Notes under the pieces: model-generated
Databases searched by the model: none
Seen by the model: only the letters and a program-made list of their open reading frames with translations
What the model was told of the DNA's origin: nothing
Source of the DNA: an uncultured Candidatus Saccharibacteria bacterium
GTDB lineage: Bacteria; Patescibacteriota; Saccharimonadia; Saccharimonadales; UBA10212
Reading direction: 5' to 3'
DNA length: 64,000 bases
NCBI GenBank assembly: GCA_964460855.1
Contig: CAYWQH010000001.1
Location: forward strand, 123,868 to 187,867
Program-made: the position numbers and the translations under genes
Shown here: one piece after another, positions 9,065 through 17,537 of the stretch
Layout of the letters: each line of letters starts with the position of its first letter
How positions within the stretch are numbered: position 1 is the first letter of the stretch

Positions 9065-9253
9065 CCACATACTCACCCAAGACATTCGAAAACATTATTG
9101 AATTTGCTGTATGTTTATTAGCCGCGCAGCGACAATCCCACTTTAGTGGGACTCCCACCCTTTAATTAAGATTGTGCGGGAGCGAGTCGCTGCTTTATTC
9201 GGCGGCCAATTAGCAAATTCATCAGTTTTCCCGAGTCTTGTGCGAGTATGTGG
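9065..9253. repeat. Long imperfect hairpin element E1 (189 nt; about 44-nt arms plus branched GC-rich core)
   Basis: The arms 9065-9108 and 9212-9253 pair (ccacatactc/gagtatgtgg, caagac/gtcttg, gaaaac/gttttc, gaatttgct/agcaaattc). Inner helices are gccgc/gcggc, gcagcgac/gtcgctgc and cccac/gtggg. The arms resemble those of 18764-18938. Confidence 0.6.
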
Positions 9254-9397
9254 TTCCATCTATATAACTAAAAGTTCACTATTTTCACACTCCGCTTTAC
9301 CGCATAGATTTTAAGCTAACCGGCAGTAAAGTTCATAAACGCAAGCCGAAAATTGTAGCGACCATCGAGCAAATTTTATTACTGATAATAATGGGTG

Positions 9398-9433
9398 CGG
9401 GCTGGGAGGGAGCTCGCGCTCACCTCCCGCCCG
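9398..9433 (-). terminator. GC-rich hairpin terminator of the 179-aa cassette gene
   Basis: cgggc(t)gggagg pairs with cctcccgcccg, with an inner gagc/gctc helix. It lies 7 nt after the TGA stop and is followed by an A/T-rich tract. Confidence 0.55.
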
Positions 9434-9439
9434 TTGTCG

Positions 9440-9979
9440 TCAGTTTCGCTCGCTGGTGGACTGGCGCGAAGCCACCAGCCGGTCCATGGCCTCCTCGTGG
9501 TTCTTGGCCATGCCCGTCTCAGTTGCAAGACGGATGTGGTTGATGCGAGCAGCGTCTTGCTGCTGCAGCAGGAACTCCGTTTCGTCGGCGCGCGTGGGAA
9601 ATTCCTTGGAATTCTCCATCAGCCAAGCCTCAAGCTCTTCGTCCAGAGTGTCCCGCCCAGCATCGAGTATGGCCACACTGTGGTACACGCCATGACCGGC
9701 GATGACCAGCACCCTGATGCCGCGCAGGGCGGCGTACAGGATGCGGGCCCGCCGCATTGGCAGACCCGGAATGTCCGGATCAACCGCCCACTCGGCATAG
9801 CGCAAGAAGTTGTCGAGGCGGTCAGTTGGACGGACGCCCAGAGCCTCGATCCCGTTGAAGAACCTCGTGAGGGAATCGATATAGCGCCGGCAGTCCCTGA
9901 TGAAGTTCTTCGGCTCTACTCTGTAGAGCTGCAGGACTTCCAGGTCCCGGTGATCCTCGAACTGTGCCTTATTGGTCAA
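9440..9979 (-). CDS. Hypothetical protein (179 aa), compositionally foreign GC3-rich cassette gene
   Basis: TTG start 6 nt after AAGGAG. All Lys codons are AAG and GAG/CTG/TTC/CGC dominate, whereas dnaK is AAA/GAA-rich. No motif recognised. Confidence 0.65.
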   Translation of the reverse strand: MTNKAQFEDHRDLEVLQLYRVEPKNFIRDCRRYIDSLTRFFNGIEALGVRPTDRLDNFLRYAEWAVDPDIPGLPMRRARILYAALRGIRVLVIAGHGVYHSVAILDAGRDTLDEELEAWLMENSKEFPTRADETEFLLQQQDAARINHIRLATETGMAKNHEEAMDRLVASRQSTSERN

Positions 9980-10019
9980 CGAACGCTCCTTGTTCAGAAG
10001 GGTTGAAAACGACTAATAT

Positions 10020-10047
10020 ATTATACTATATTTAGCATTATTTACAA
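10020..10047 (-). promoter_or_regulatory. Promoter of the 179-aa cassette gene (TTGTAA-N16-TATAAT)
   Basis: Read on the minus strand directly after the gmk stop. An AT-rich block abuts the GC-rich ORF. Confidence 0.5.
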
Positions 10048-10057
10048 GAGTTAGCAT

Positions 10058-10762
10058 TTAATTGCTTTGGATGGCGGCCAGGAGTTCAGCGGCCAAGTTC
10101 CGAAGTTCGGTTTGTTCGCCGGGATTTGACGTTACTCCATCGATAATTTCGCGGGCGGTTACATCGTACTGGTGGTTTACCAACATAATAAAGTTATGGT
10201 CGTTCAGGGCGGTTTCCAGCTCCTGGCGGGCCGAGTTTAAGCGGCGGCTTTTTTCGCCGTCGCTCATGTGCCCGCGGCCACCCAGGCGCTGCATCCAAAC
10301 CTCAAAACTGGGCGGCAGCAAAAAAATCGGCTTAATTGCCGGGACGTGCCGGGACAACTGCAAGATACCCTGCACGTCCATGTCGGCAACCGGCATTTTG
10401 CCCGTATTAATTACCCTTTTATATTCTGCGATACTGGTGCCGTAAACATAAAGGTCATGAATTACCTGGGCTTCTATCATTTGCCCGCGCCTCAGTAATT
10501 CTGCCATTTGTAGTTCGCTGACGAACCAGTAGTCTATACCGTCCGCTTCGCTGCCCCGTTTAGGACGGGTGGTGTGCGTAACGGTACGCTGGTAAGGATA
10601 ACGCTCCAGCAAGTAGCTAATAATCGTATTTTTGCCAACGGCCGTAACCCCGGAAATTATCAGCGGCGGATGCTGGCTCACCAATTCGATTGCATCCGGC
10701 GGTATGTTGTAATTACGGGCCAATTTAAATAGTTGGTCGCGCTCATCCGATGGTTCAGGCAT
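10058..10762 (-). CDS. gmk: Guanylate kinase family protein
   Basis: P-loop ISGVTAVGKNT, TTRPKRGSEADGIDYWFVS and E..V....YGT motifs. Confidence 0.8.
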   Translation of the reverse strand: MPEPSDERDQLFKLARNYNIPPDAIELVSQHPPLIISGVTAVGKNTIISYLLERYPYQRTVTHTTRPKRGSEADGIDYWFVSELQMAELLRRGQMIEAQVIHDLYVYGTSIAEYKRVINTGKMPVADMDVQGILQLSRHVPAIKPIFLLPPSFEVWMQRLGGRGHMSDGEKSRRLNSARQELETALNDHNFIMLVNHQYDVTAREIIDGVTSNPGEQTELRNLAAELLAAIQSN

Positions 10763-10855
10763 TTCCGTAAGTATAAGAAATTACCTTTCGCCTAACAACC
10801 TTATTGCTTTTTAAGCTTTAGCAGTGTTTGATAGTGTTAGTAATTGGAGTTAAGG

Positions 10856-11278
10856 ATGGACAGTGTAATTAGCATAAATTGGGCGGCGATATTGGCGGCA
10901 GTATTGGTTAATATGCTGGTCGGTTTTATCTGGTACAGCAAATGGTTATTTTATGACATCTGGGTCAAAGCCCAGGGCAAGAAAAACGCTTCTATGCGCT
11001 CCGGCCCGAATATATACATTTTGTCTATATTGCTGGCCTTTGTGCAGGCTTTAATACTTAAACACATGCTTACTTATACCGCGGCTTACTATCCGTCGAT
11101 GTCAAATATCCAGGTTGGTATTACTACGGCACTGTGGCTATGGCTGGGCTTTGTTGTCGCCACCATGGGGCTGAATTATTTATATGCCGGGCGCAGCCGG
11201 GCGCTATTTGCCATCGATTCCGGATATTTTTTGTGCGTGCTTTTAATTAACGGCGTTTTATTGGCCAGCTGGCTTTGA
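10856..11278 (+). CDS. DUF1761-like integral membrane protein
   Basis: Four TM helices with N-terminal NWAAILAAVLVNMLVGFIWYSKWLF. The start was moved to the ATG at 10856, which has GGAG upstream. Confidence 0.6.
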   Translation: MDSVISINWAAILAAVLVNMLVGFIWYSKWLFYDIWVKAQGKKNASMRSGPNIYILSILLAFVQALILKHMLTYTAAYYPSMSNIQVGITTALWLWLGFVVATMGLNYLYAGRSRALFAIDSGYFLCVLLINGVLLASWL

Positions 11279-11331
11279 CTTTCAACTCAGTTATGCTTAA
11301 ATTCCTATAAGCATTTCGGAGTTAGACAAAA

Positions 11332-11844
11332 ATGGCAGCTTCTCGCAGGGCTCGGCATAAGAAAAAACATCATTTAAAAGATAACGCCTTCAAAATAGAG
11401 GTAATGGTTGCTTTTGCCGTTGTTTTCGCCCTTGTAGGCGGCTTGGTATGGCATGGCAGCCGGGCCGCTTCGCTGCACTGCGTGGACCAGACTTTTAGCG
11501 AAGGTTCCAGCGGCCAATGCGTAAAAGATATCCAATCTATGCTCAATTATAAGATTTACTACACAGCCTCTTCCAGCTATATACCAATGGACGGAGCGTT
11601 TAGCTCGATTACCAAATCTAGGGTTTCGACGTTTCAAAATGACGTAAAGCACGGCAAACATTATCCCCAAGGCGCTGAAATTCAAAATTGGCAGTACCTG
11701 CATGCTATTAACGTGACGGGTACGGTTAACCCCCAAACCTGGGCCCAGTTATGCCTGCCAACCGGCACCGATAACACTAACGAAGCTAAAATTTCCGCCA
11801 ACCAGTTATATAACAAAGCCGCCAAAGAGGCAGGCTGCGAATAG
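11332..11844 (+). CDS. Membrane-anchored protein with a peptidoglycan-binding-like domain
   Basis: Basic N-terminus plus a TM helix. GQCVKDIQSMLN...DGAFSSITKSRVSTFQ...GTVNPQTWAQL resembles the PG_binding_1 repeat. Confidence 0.55.
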   Translation: MAASRRARHKKKHHLKDNAFKIEVMVAFAVVFALVGGLVWHGSRAASLHCVDQTFSEGSSGQCVKDIQSMLNYKIYYTASSSYIPMDGAFSSITKSRVSTFQNDVKHGKHYPQGAEIQNWQYLHAINVTGTVNPQTWAQLCLPTGTDNTNEAKISANQLYNKAAKEAGCE

Positions 11845-11858
11845 ACAGGAGAACTACC

Positions 11859-12425
11859 ATGGCCACCGCCAAAACTTCAAAAAAACTTAATAAAATGGCT
11901 TTCCCGGCAGGGTTTAGTCTTAAATCGAACCGCAGCAAAATGATACTTTTCGCCTTGGTATTCGCCGTTATCGGCGGTGTTTATTACTTATATTCCACTC
12001 ATGCAGCTTCTATATCCAGTAAAAGCCGGATCGTGATTTTAGATTACGGAACGGTAGAAGGAATCGGTACCCAGCCTAAGCTCGTTAGCAATTCTAACGA
12101 CATTTGGGGAATTCCGTCTGTCAGCAACCAGGCTAACGGCCAGACGCCAATATTTACCTATATAAACCCCACCGGCACGGCTACCTGGTTGACGTTCGGT
12201 AAAACCGCTTTCAAACGGGCCTGTTTTATCGTTAACGTGGCGCCAAGTAAGACAGCCGTTAACACAACTTTTAAATTAAATACCGGCTACGCTACGGCAC
12301 AAGACACATTAGCGCCGTCCAACTACTTTACCAGGGAGTGCATTGATGCCAGCGCTTATAACCCATCGGTTACCGTAATTAGCGGTTCAGCCCTCCGCGT
12401 TTACCACATAGAACTGTATCTCTAG
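11859..12425 (+). CDS. Membrane-anchored or secreted hypothetical protein
   Basis: N-terminal TM/signal anchor. No motif recognised. Confidence 0.55.
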   Translation: MATAKTSKKLNKMAFPAGFSLKSNRSKMILFALVFAVIGGVYYLYSTHAASISSKSRIVILDYGTVEGIGTQPKLVSNSNDIWGIPSVSNQANGQTPIFTYINPTGTATWLTFGKTAFKRACFIVNVAPSKTAVNTTFKLNTGYATAQDTLAPSNYFTRECIDASAYNPSVTVISGSALRVYHIELYL

Positions 12426-14209
12426 TCTCTCTTTAACATCACGGTAAATGCTTCGGCTGGGATGTCGACTTTGCCGAAGCGCTTGAGGCGTTCTTTGCCT
12501 CGCTTTTGTTTTTCGAGTACTTTCTTTTTACGGGTTACATCACCGCCGTACAAACCGGTAGTAACGTCTTTGCGGTAAGCCGACAGGTCTTCGCGGGCTA
12601 CAAACTTGCCGCCGATGCCGGCTTGTAAGCTGACTTTAAAGTTCTGGCGAGGGATTACCTCTTTTAATTTGGCCACGGTTTCGCGTCCCAGGCTTTGGGC
12701 TTCGCTGCGGTGCACCATTACGCTCAGGGCGTCGACCCGGTCGCCGGCCACGTAAAAATCGAGCTTAACTAAATCTTCGGCCCGGTAACTATCCAGTTCA
12801 TAATTAAATGAGCCATAACCACTGGTAATGCTTTTGAGTTGGTCGTAAAAGTCGGTAAGCATATTGGCCAGCGGCGCTTCGAAATTAATAACCGCCAAAG
12901 TGCTGTCGACATAACTCATATTTTTCTGGTGGCCGCGGGCCTGGACGATTAGCTGGATAACGGCGCCGACATAGCTGCTGGGCGCCACGATTTCACCCTT
13001 AATCCACGGCTCGCGGATTTCGGCGATATTGCTGGGGTCGGGCAGTTCGGCGGCCGAACGGATCTCTTGCTCTTCGCCGTTCATAAGTTTGATCTGGTAA
13101 TCGGTTGAGGGGTTGGTAATGACCAGTTCGAGGTCGTATTCGCGCTCCAACCGCTCGCGCACGATATCCATGTGCAGCAAGCCTAAAAAGCCGATGCGCA
13201 CGCCAAAGCCCAGCACCGGGGAATTTTCCAAACTGTATTGCAGGGCCGAATCGCTGAGGCTGAGTTTTTCGATGGCGTCTTTTAGCAGCTGGTAATTTTC
13301 GTTACTGTCGGGGTAAAAGCCGGCGTAAACGAACGGATGCACGTCTTTATAACCGGGCAGCGCCTGGCCGGCCGGCGCGCTCAATAACGTAACTGTGTCG
13401 CCGACTTTGGCTTCGCGGGCGGTTTTTAAGTTGGTTACGATATAGCCGATTTCGCCGGTGATTAGCTCAGCAGCTGGCGCCATGTCCGGTTTAAGCGAGC
13501 CGACTTCCAGGGCTATGCCTTCGGCATTGGTGGCCAGCATTTTAATAGGGCTATTTTTGGAGATTTTACCGTCCATTATCCGCACGTATAAAATCACGCC
13601 GCGGTAATCGTCGAAGTAGCTGTCGAAAATTAATGCACGTGTAGAGTCGGCGGTGCTGCCTTTGGGCGGCGGCACATCAGCCACTATCCGTTCCAAAACT
13701 TTATCGACGCCTTCGCCGGACTTGGCGCTGATATGCAATATATCTTCTTTTTTACAGCCCAGCAGCGAAACAACTTCGGCGCTGACTTTTTCGACGTCGG
13801 CGGCCGGCAAGTCAATTTTATTGAGTACCGGGATAATCGTGAGGTCGGCGGCCAGCGCCAGGTAAACGTTGGCCAGCGTTTGGGCCTGAATGCCCTGGCT
13901 GGCATCAACTATTAACAGCGCGCCCTCGCAGGCTTCGAGGCTGCGCGATACTTCGTAGCTGAAATCTACGTGGCCGGGCGTATCGATTAGGTTAAGTTCG
14001 TAATCCTGATACTTCATACGGACGGGGGCCAGCTTTATAGTAATTCCCCTTTCCTGCTCTAAATCCATTTTGTCTAGAATCTGGCTTTTCATATGCCGCT
14101 TTTCGACGGTACCGGTAATTTCCAATAGCCTGTCGGCCAAGGTCGATTTACCGTGGTCTATATGCGCAATAATACAAAAATTCCGAATATGACTTTGTTC
14201 CATGTCCAT
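12422..14209 (-). CDS. lepA: Translation elongation factor 4 (LepA)
   Basis: IRNFCIIAHIDHGKSTLADRLL, DTPGHVDF and NKIDLP GTPase motifs plus the LepA C-terminal region. Confidence 0.97.
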   Translation of the reverse strand: MDMEQSHIRNFCIIAHIDHGKSTLADRLLEITGTVEKRHMKSQILDKMDLEQERGITIKLAPVRMKYQDYELNLIDTPGHVDFSYEVSRSLEACEGALLIVDASQGIQAQTLANVYLALAADLTIIPVLNKIDLPAADVEKVSAEVVSLLGCKKEDILHISAKSGEGVDKVLERIVADVPPPKGSTADSTRALIFDSYFDDYRGVILYVRIMDGKISKNSPIKMLATNAEGIALEVGSLKPDMAPAAELITGEIGYIVTNLKTAREAKVGDTVTLLSAPAGQALPGYKDVHPFVYAGFYPDSNENYQLLKDAIEKLSLSDSALQYSLENSPVLGFGVRIGFLGLLHMDIVRERLEREYDLELVITNPSTDYQIKLMNGEEQEIRSAAELPDPSNIAEIREPWIKGEIVAPSSYVGAVIQLIVQARGHQKNMSYVDSTLAVINFEAPLANMLTDFYDQLKSITSGYGSFNYELDSYRAEDLVKLDFYVAGDRVDALSVMVHRSEAQSLGRETVAKLKEVIPRQNFKVSLQAGIGGKFVAREDLSAYRKDVTTGLYGGDVTRKKKVLEKQKRGKERLKRFGKVDIPAEAFTVMLKRD

Positions 14210-14227
14210 GCCAGTATAACAGAGGTA

Positions 14228-15835
14228 TTACTGTATTTTGACCGGTCGATAAACTATTCTTCGGATACGGTCGACCACCGGAATGGCTTCTTCCAGACCG
14301 AACAGCGATGAAATTCCCAGGTGCACCAGGAAGGTCGGCGCGACGATAAAGAATAGTTTAGGCGCTAAGGTTGAAAAGCCGCGGTCACCGGTATTTAACG
14401 GTACGATCGAGACCATAATATAGGCGGTTAACAGCGTGAAGCCGGTAACCGACATAATCTTCACCACGCCGTTCCAAAATTCTTTGTTAAAGAAGTGCCG
14501 GTCCCTATAAATTATTATGCCAACCAGGATTACTACTTCCGAAACCGCCACTATAGATTGGGCGATGGCCAGGCCGGCTATGCCATAACCATTCGGGCTG
14601 GGGCGCGACAAGTTAAATGCCAAAAAGATGTTGAGGGCAATGGCGAACAGCGAAACATACAGCGGAATCCGGGTGTTTTTATAAGCGTAAAAATAGCGCG
14701 ATATCAGGGTGTAGAGCGTCCGGAATATAATCGCGCCGGCCAAAAAGCCCAGCACAATGGCAATTTCGGCCGAGCCTTTTTTATAGATCAAACGGGCAAA
14801 GTAGCCGCGGGCAAAAAAGCTGACTACGGCAATCGGCATAATTATCCAAATCATGGCCCGCAGGATTTGCAGGAAGTCGCGGCGGAATAGGTCGGGCCGC
14901 TTTTGGGCCAGCCGGTCAATCAGCCGCGGGAAAGCGGCCGTCGAAATCGAGCTGCCCACCAGTAGGATGGGCGCGGTGTGCAAGATGTAGCCGTTTTCGT
15001 AATAGGTAATGTTACCGGTACCCAGAGCGCTGGCCCGGTTGGTTTCGACGATACTGTTAATCGAGTCAATGCCCTGGTCGATAGCCCGCGGCGGCAGCTG
15101 GCGCAAAATGCCGTGGAAGTCTTTGCTTTTCCACTTAATATGCGGGAAATACTTAAAGCCCAGGCCAAACAAGCCCAGGCAAACCACCAGCAGCTGCAGC
15201 AAAGCGCCTACCATGGCGCCAATGCCCAGCCCGATCAACCCGATATTATCCCGGAACACGTAAGCGCTGGCGATGATGCTCAAGTTGTAGATCAACGGGC
15301 TGATAGCAAAGAAAAAGAAGCGCCCGAAAGTTTGCTGGACGCTAGTCAGAATTCCGGAGATGGTGAAAAGCAGCGGGTTGAGGGCGATGAGCCGCATTAT
15401 TGTAGCGGCGTTATGGAGCTGTTGGGGGCTTAAATCCTTATTAATAATTAACTTAATAAGCGGCTCGGCAAAGATAATCAGGAAGATGCCGACGATTGCC
15501 ATGGCAATGCCCAGCAGGTTTAACAAGCTGGAGGTTAATTCCCAAACGGTTTTTTTATCGCCTTTCTCCAGCCGGTCGGCTAAGAACGGCATAAAAGCCA
15601 CGCCCAGGGCGCCGGCGGCAATCGTATAAAAGAAAAAGTCAGGGATTTTAAAGGCCGCAAAGTAGGCGTCGGTGCTGTTGGGCCCGATAGTATGGAAATT
15701 GGCGTTAATTATCGAGGTCCGCAAAAAACCCAGCAGCTGGCCAAATAAAGCCGCGCCAATCAGAAGTGCAGCGGCGTTGCTCAGCGGCATACGCCGGTTG
15801 GCGCGGCTAAGCCACTTATTCTTTACGCGGTCCAT
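14228..15835 (-). CDS. murJ: Lipid II flippase MurJ (MviN family)
   Basis: 535-aa polytopic MOP-family protein with MurJ-like N-terminal motifs (...DAYFAAFKIPDFFF...). Confidence 0.85.
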   Translation of the reverse strand: MDRVKNKWLSRANRRMPLSNAAALLIGAALFGQLLGFLRTSIINANFHTIGPNSTDAYFAAFKIPDFFFYTIAAGALGVAFMPFLADRLEKGDKKTVWELTSSLLNLLGIAMAIVGIFLIIFAEPLIKLIINKDLSPQQLHNAATIMRLIALNPLLFTISGILTSVQQTFGRFFFFAISPLIYNLSIIASAYVFRDNIGLIGLGIGAMVGALLQLLVVCLGLFGLGFKYFPHIKWKSKDFHGILRQLPPRAIDQGIDSINSIVETNRASALGTGNITYYENGYILHTAPILLVGSSISTAAFPRLIDRLAQKRPDLFRRDFLQILRAMIWIIMPIAVVSFFARGYFARLIYKKGSAEIAIVLGFLAGAIIFRTLYTLISRYFYAYKNTRIPLYVSLFAIALNIFLAFNLSRPSPNGYGIAGLAIAQSIVAVSEVVILVGIIIYRDRHFFNKEFWNGVVKIMSVTGFTLLTAYIMVSIVPLNTGDRGFSTLAPKLFFIVAPTFLVHLGISSLFGLEEAIPVVDRIRRIVYRPVKIQ

Positions 15836-15906
15836 ACAATAAAAAGCTTTTGGTTAAGCATGCTAGCTTAATTATAAAGACGCCACCAAGCTTTTGGTAG
15901 CCAATT

Positions 15907-16662
15907 CTAGGCGGCTTGCTGTTCGACCGGTTTTATCGAGATGACGTGGTCGACGCCAGGTTCGGTCCCATTTTTGTGGCGTTCTTCTGCCTTTTTAGCG
16001 AAGTTCATCCGGGAATTATTTTCTAACTGCTCAATATTTTTATAAACGTAAACGGCCCCTCCAAGTACCAGCGCGCCAACCGCCGCGCCAACGGTTCCGC
16101 GGGCTAATGAGTTGTCTACAACTTCAGAGCCAGTTTCTGTGCTAAAGCCAAGCGCTTCGCCAAAAAATACGCCAATACCTAAAGCTGCGATTTGCAGCCG
16201 TCCCATTAATCTCTTATATTTTTCACGTCCGATTGCTTCGTTAATTCCTTGGCGCAACCGCATATTCATATTGCCTTCGATAATATCGCTAAGTTCCATT
16301 AAGCTTTTATCAGGATTACTAGTGTGAAGCGGCGCCAGCACTTCAACAACATTGCCGGAAACTAGCGCAGGGCCGTTGTCGCGGGCGACAACATCCGGGC
16401 TTTCAATTAATGCCGGCAGGCTGGGAACCGGATTTACAAAAACTTCTTTGATCCTGTCGCTAGGCCTAATTGCTTCGTTGGCATTATAAACAGCAACTGC
16501 GAACTTTTCGTTATCAATCACAATTTTATGTTCTTCGTCGTTTATAAATAAGTCTGAATGCGGAAAATCTAAACTGGCCGTGGGCGCTAAAATTGGGGTT
16601 GTTGAGCGCTTTACAACCTTGTCCTTAATCTCTTGAAACTCGGTAAATCCTTCTGCTGACAT
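15907..16662 (-). CDS. Hypothetical protein with C-terminal TM helices
   Basis: The start was moved to the ATG at 16662 (SD GAAGAGGG). This is supported by the upstream promoter TTGAAT-N17-TATACT at 16690-16718. Confidence 0.5.
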   Translation of the reverse strand: MSAEGFTEFQEIKDKVVKRSTTPILAPTASLDFPHSDLFINDEEHKIVIDNEKFAVAVYNANEAIRPSDRIKEVFVNPVPSLPALIESPDVVARDNGPALVSGNVVEVLAPLHTSNPDKSLMELSDIIEGNMNMRLRQGINEAIGREKYKRLMGRLQIAALGIGVFFGEALGFSTETGSEVVDNSLARGTVGAAVGALVLGGAVYVYKNIEQLENNSRMNFAKKAEERHKNGTEPGVDHVISIKPVEQQAA

Positions 16663-16689
16663 AGTACCCTCTTCAATATTAATGGAATT

Positions 16690-16718
16690 AGTATAGTCCT
16701 CTGAAGTGCCCGATTCAA
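16690..16718 (-). promoter_or_regulatory. Promoter TTGAAT-N17-TATACT for 15907..16662
   Basis: Hexamers read on the minus strand with 17-nt spacing. Confidence 0.45.
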
Positions 16719-16735
16719 TCAATTGTGATTCTGAA

Positions 16736-16764
16736 TTGCCGCTTATGCACCGAGCTGTTATCAT
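16736..16764 (+). promoter_or_regulatory. Extended -10 promoter (TTGCCG-N17-TGtTATCAT) of the 85-aa cassette gene
   Basis: Hexamers, 17-nt spacing and the TG motif were read directly. Confidence 0.45.
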
Positions 16765-16817
16765 AAAAACTTCGCATTTTTTGCGTAGCGTTTGGCAAGA
16801 CAAACAACTGAAAGGGG

Positions 16818-17075
16818 GTGGCCGCCCTGGCTACCTACATTATTTCAGTCGGTGAAGAAGTGACCCTGGAATTCCACATCCACGACAACGACACGGCGAT
16901 CGACCATGTCACAGAGTTGGCGTCACTGTGGGAAAAACGCACTGAAACCTGGGGCAAGCTGTTCGCCGGCCGGAAGAAGTACCCGTTGATGCTGCTTCGC
17001 CGGGAAAGAGACCGGTCCTTCGAGCATGTGATCACATGCACGGTAAACCTCTCTGGCCCCGGCGACTACAACTAG
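16818..17075 (+). CDS. Hypothetical small protein (85 aa), GC3-rich cassette gene
   Basis: GTG start directly after the purine tract GAAAGGGG. Codon usage is GC3-biased. The ORF is bracketed by the 15-bp inverted repeat 16787-16801 / 17118-17132. Confidence 0.5.
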   Translation: MAALATYIISVGEEVTLEFHIHDNDTAIDHVTELASLWEKRTETWGKLFAGRKKYPLMLLRRERDRSFEHVITCTVNLSGPGDYN

Positions 17076-17081
17076 CGGCTT

Positions 17082-17137
17082 TGCGGGGCCGGGTCTTCGA
17101 ACCCGGCCCCGCAGCGCGTCTTGCCAAACGCTTTTTT
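17082..17137 (+). terminator. Tandem terminators: a 13-bp GC hairpin, then a short hairpin plus T6
   Basis: tgcggggccgggt-cttcga-acccggccccgca (17082-17113), followed by gcgt...acgc and TTTTTT (17132-17137). Confidence 0.65.
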
Positions 17138-17152
17138 CATTGGTCCATAAGA

Positions 17153-17181
17153 TTGCTACTTTATACTACTTATGTTATAAT
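17153..17181 (+). promoter_or_regulatory. Extended -10 promoter TTGCTA-N17-TGtTATAAT of the 76-aa cassette gene
   Basis: Near-consensus hexamers. 28/32 nt are identical to the promoter at 17508-17539. Confidence 0.6.
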
Positions 17182-17213
17182 ATTTTATTAGGCTACCCCA
17201 AAGGAGACGTCTG

Positions 17214-17444
17214 ATGGTAATGCAAACCTATCAGATCGACGACGGCCCGCTGTTCCAGCGGCCCAGCGAGTTTCTCGCCAAGGAGGTCTTCCGCCTCGCG
17301 GTGGAACACCGGCGCGACGAACTCAGCCAACTGCCGGACCCGCCGCGGACAACCCTGCTCACCCTCTACAGCTTCCACGAGCGTGGGCGCACGCAGATCG
17401 ACGACTACAAGATCGTCCTGCCAGGTGAGCCGGTAAAGGCGTAG
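17214..17444 (+). CDS. Hypothetical small protein (76 aa), GC3-rich cassette gene
   Basis: AAGGAG lies 7 nt before the ATG. About 64 of 76 codons end in G/C by hand inspection, and all Lys codons are AAG. Confidence 0.65.
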   Translation: MVMQTYQIDDGPLFQRPSEFLAKEVFRLAVEHRRDELSQLPDPPRTTLLTLYSFHERGRTQIDDYKIVLPGEPVKA

Positions 17445-17451
17445 CAATCCG

Positions 17452-17490
17452 GGGCCCCCTCCGCCACTTGGCGGACGGGGCCCTTCCCAT
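17452..17490 (+). terminator. 14-bp GC hairpin terminator
   Basis: gggccccctccgcc-actt-ggcggacggggccc, followed by ttcccattttt. Confidence 0.6.
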
Positions 17491-17508
17491 TTTTATGTGT
17501 CTATAGTA

Positions 17509-17537
17509 TTGCTATTTAATACTTCTTATGTTATAAT
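17509..17537 (+). promoter_or_regulatory. Extended -10 promoter TTGCTA-N17-TGtTATAAT of the 128-aa cassette gene
   Basis: Same module as 17153-17181. Confidence 0.6.

Noticed and set aside
9065-9253. E1 as a retron msr/msd, a 6S RNA or an integron attC site
   Set aside because: There is no reverse transcriptase or integron integrase anywhere in the window. There are no GTTRRRY/RYYYAAC core sites at the ends. The adjacent cassettes carry their own promoters, unlike integron cassettes. The architecture (44-nt closing arms plus a three-way GC core) does not match the 6S central-bubble layout. None of these can be fully excluded without a covariance-model search.
9395-10006. 203-aa plus-strand ORF and 79-aa ORF antisense to the 179-aa cassette gene
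   Set aside because: GC-rich sequence generates long stop-free shadow frames. Only the minus-strand frame has G/C-ending codons, an AAGGAG RBS, a promoter and a terminator.
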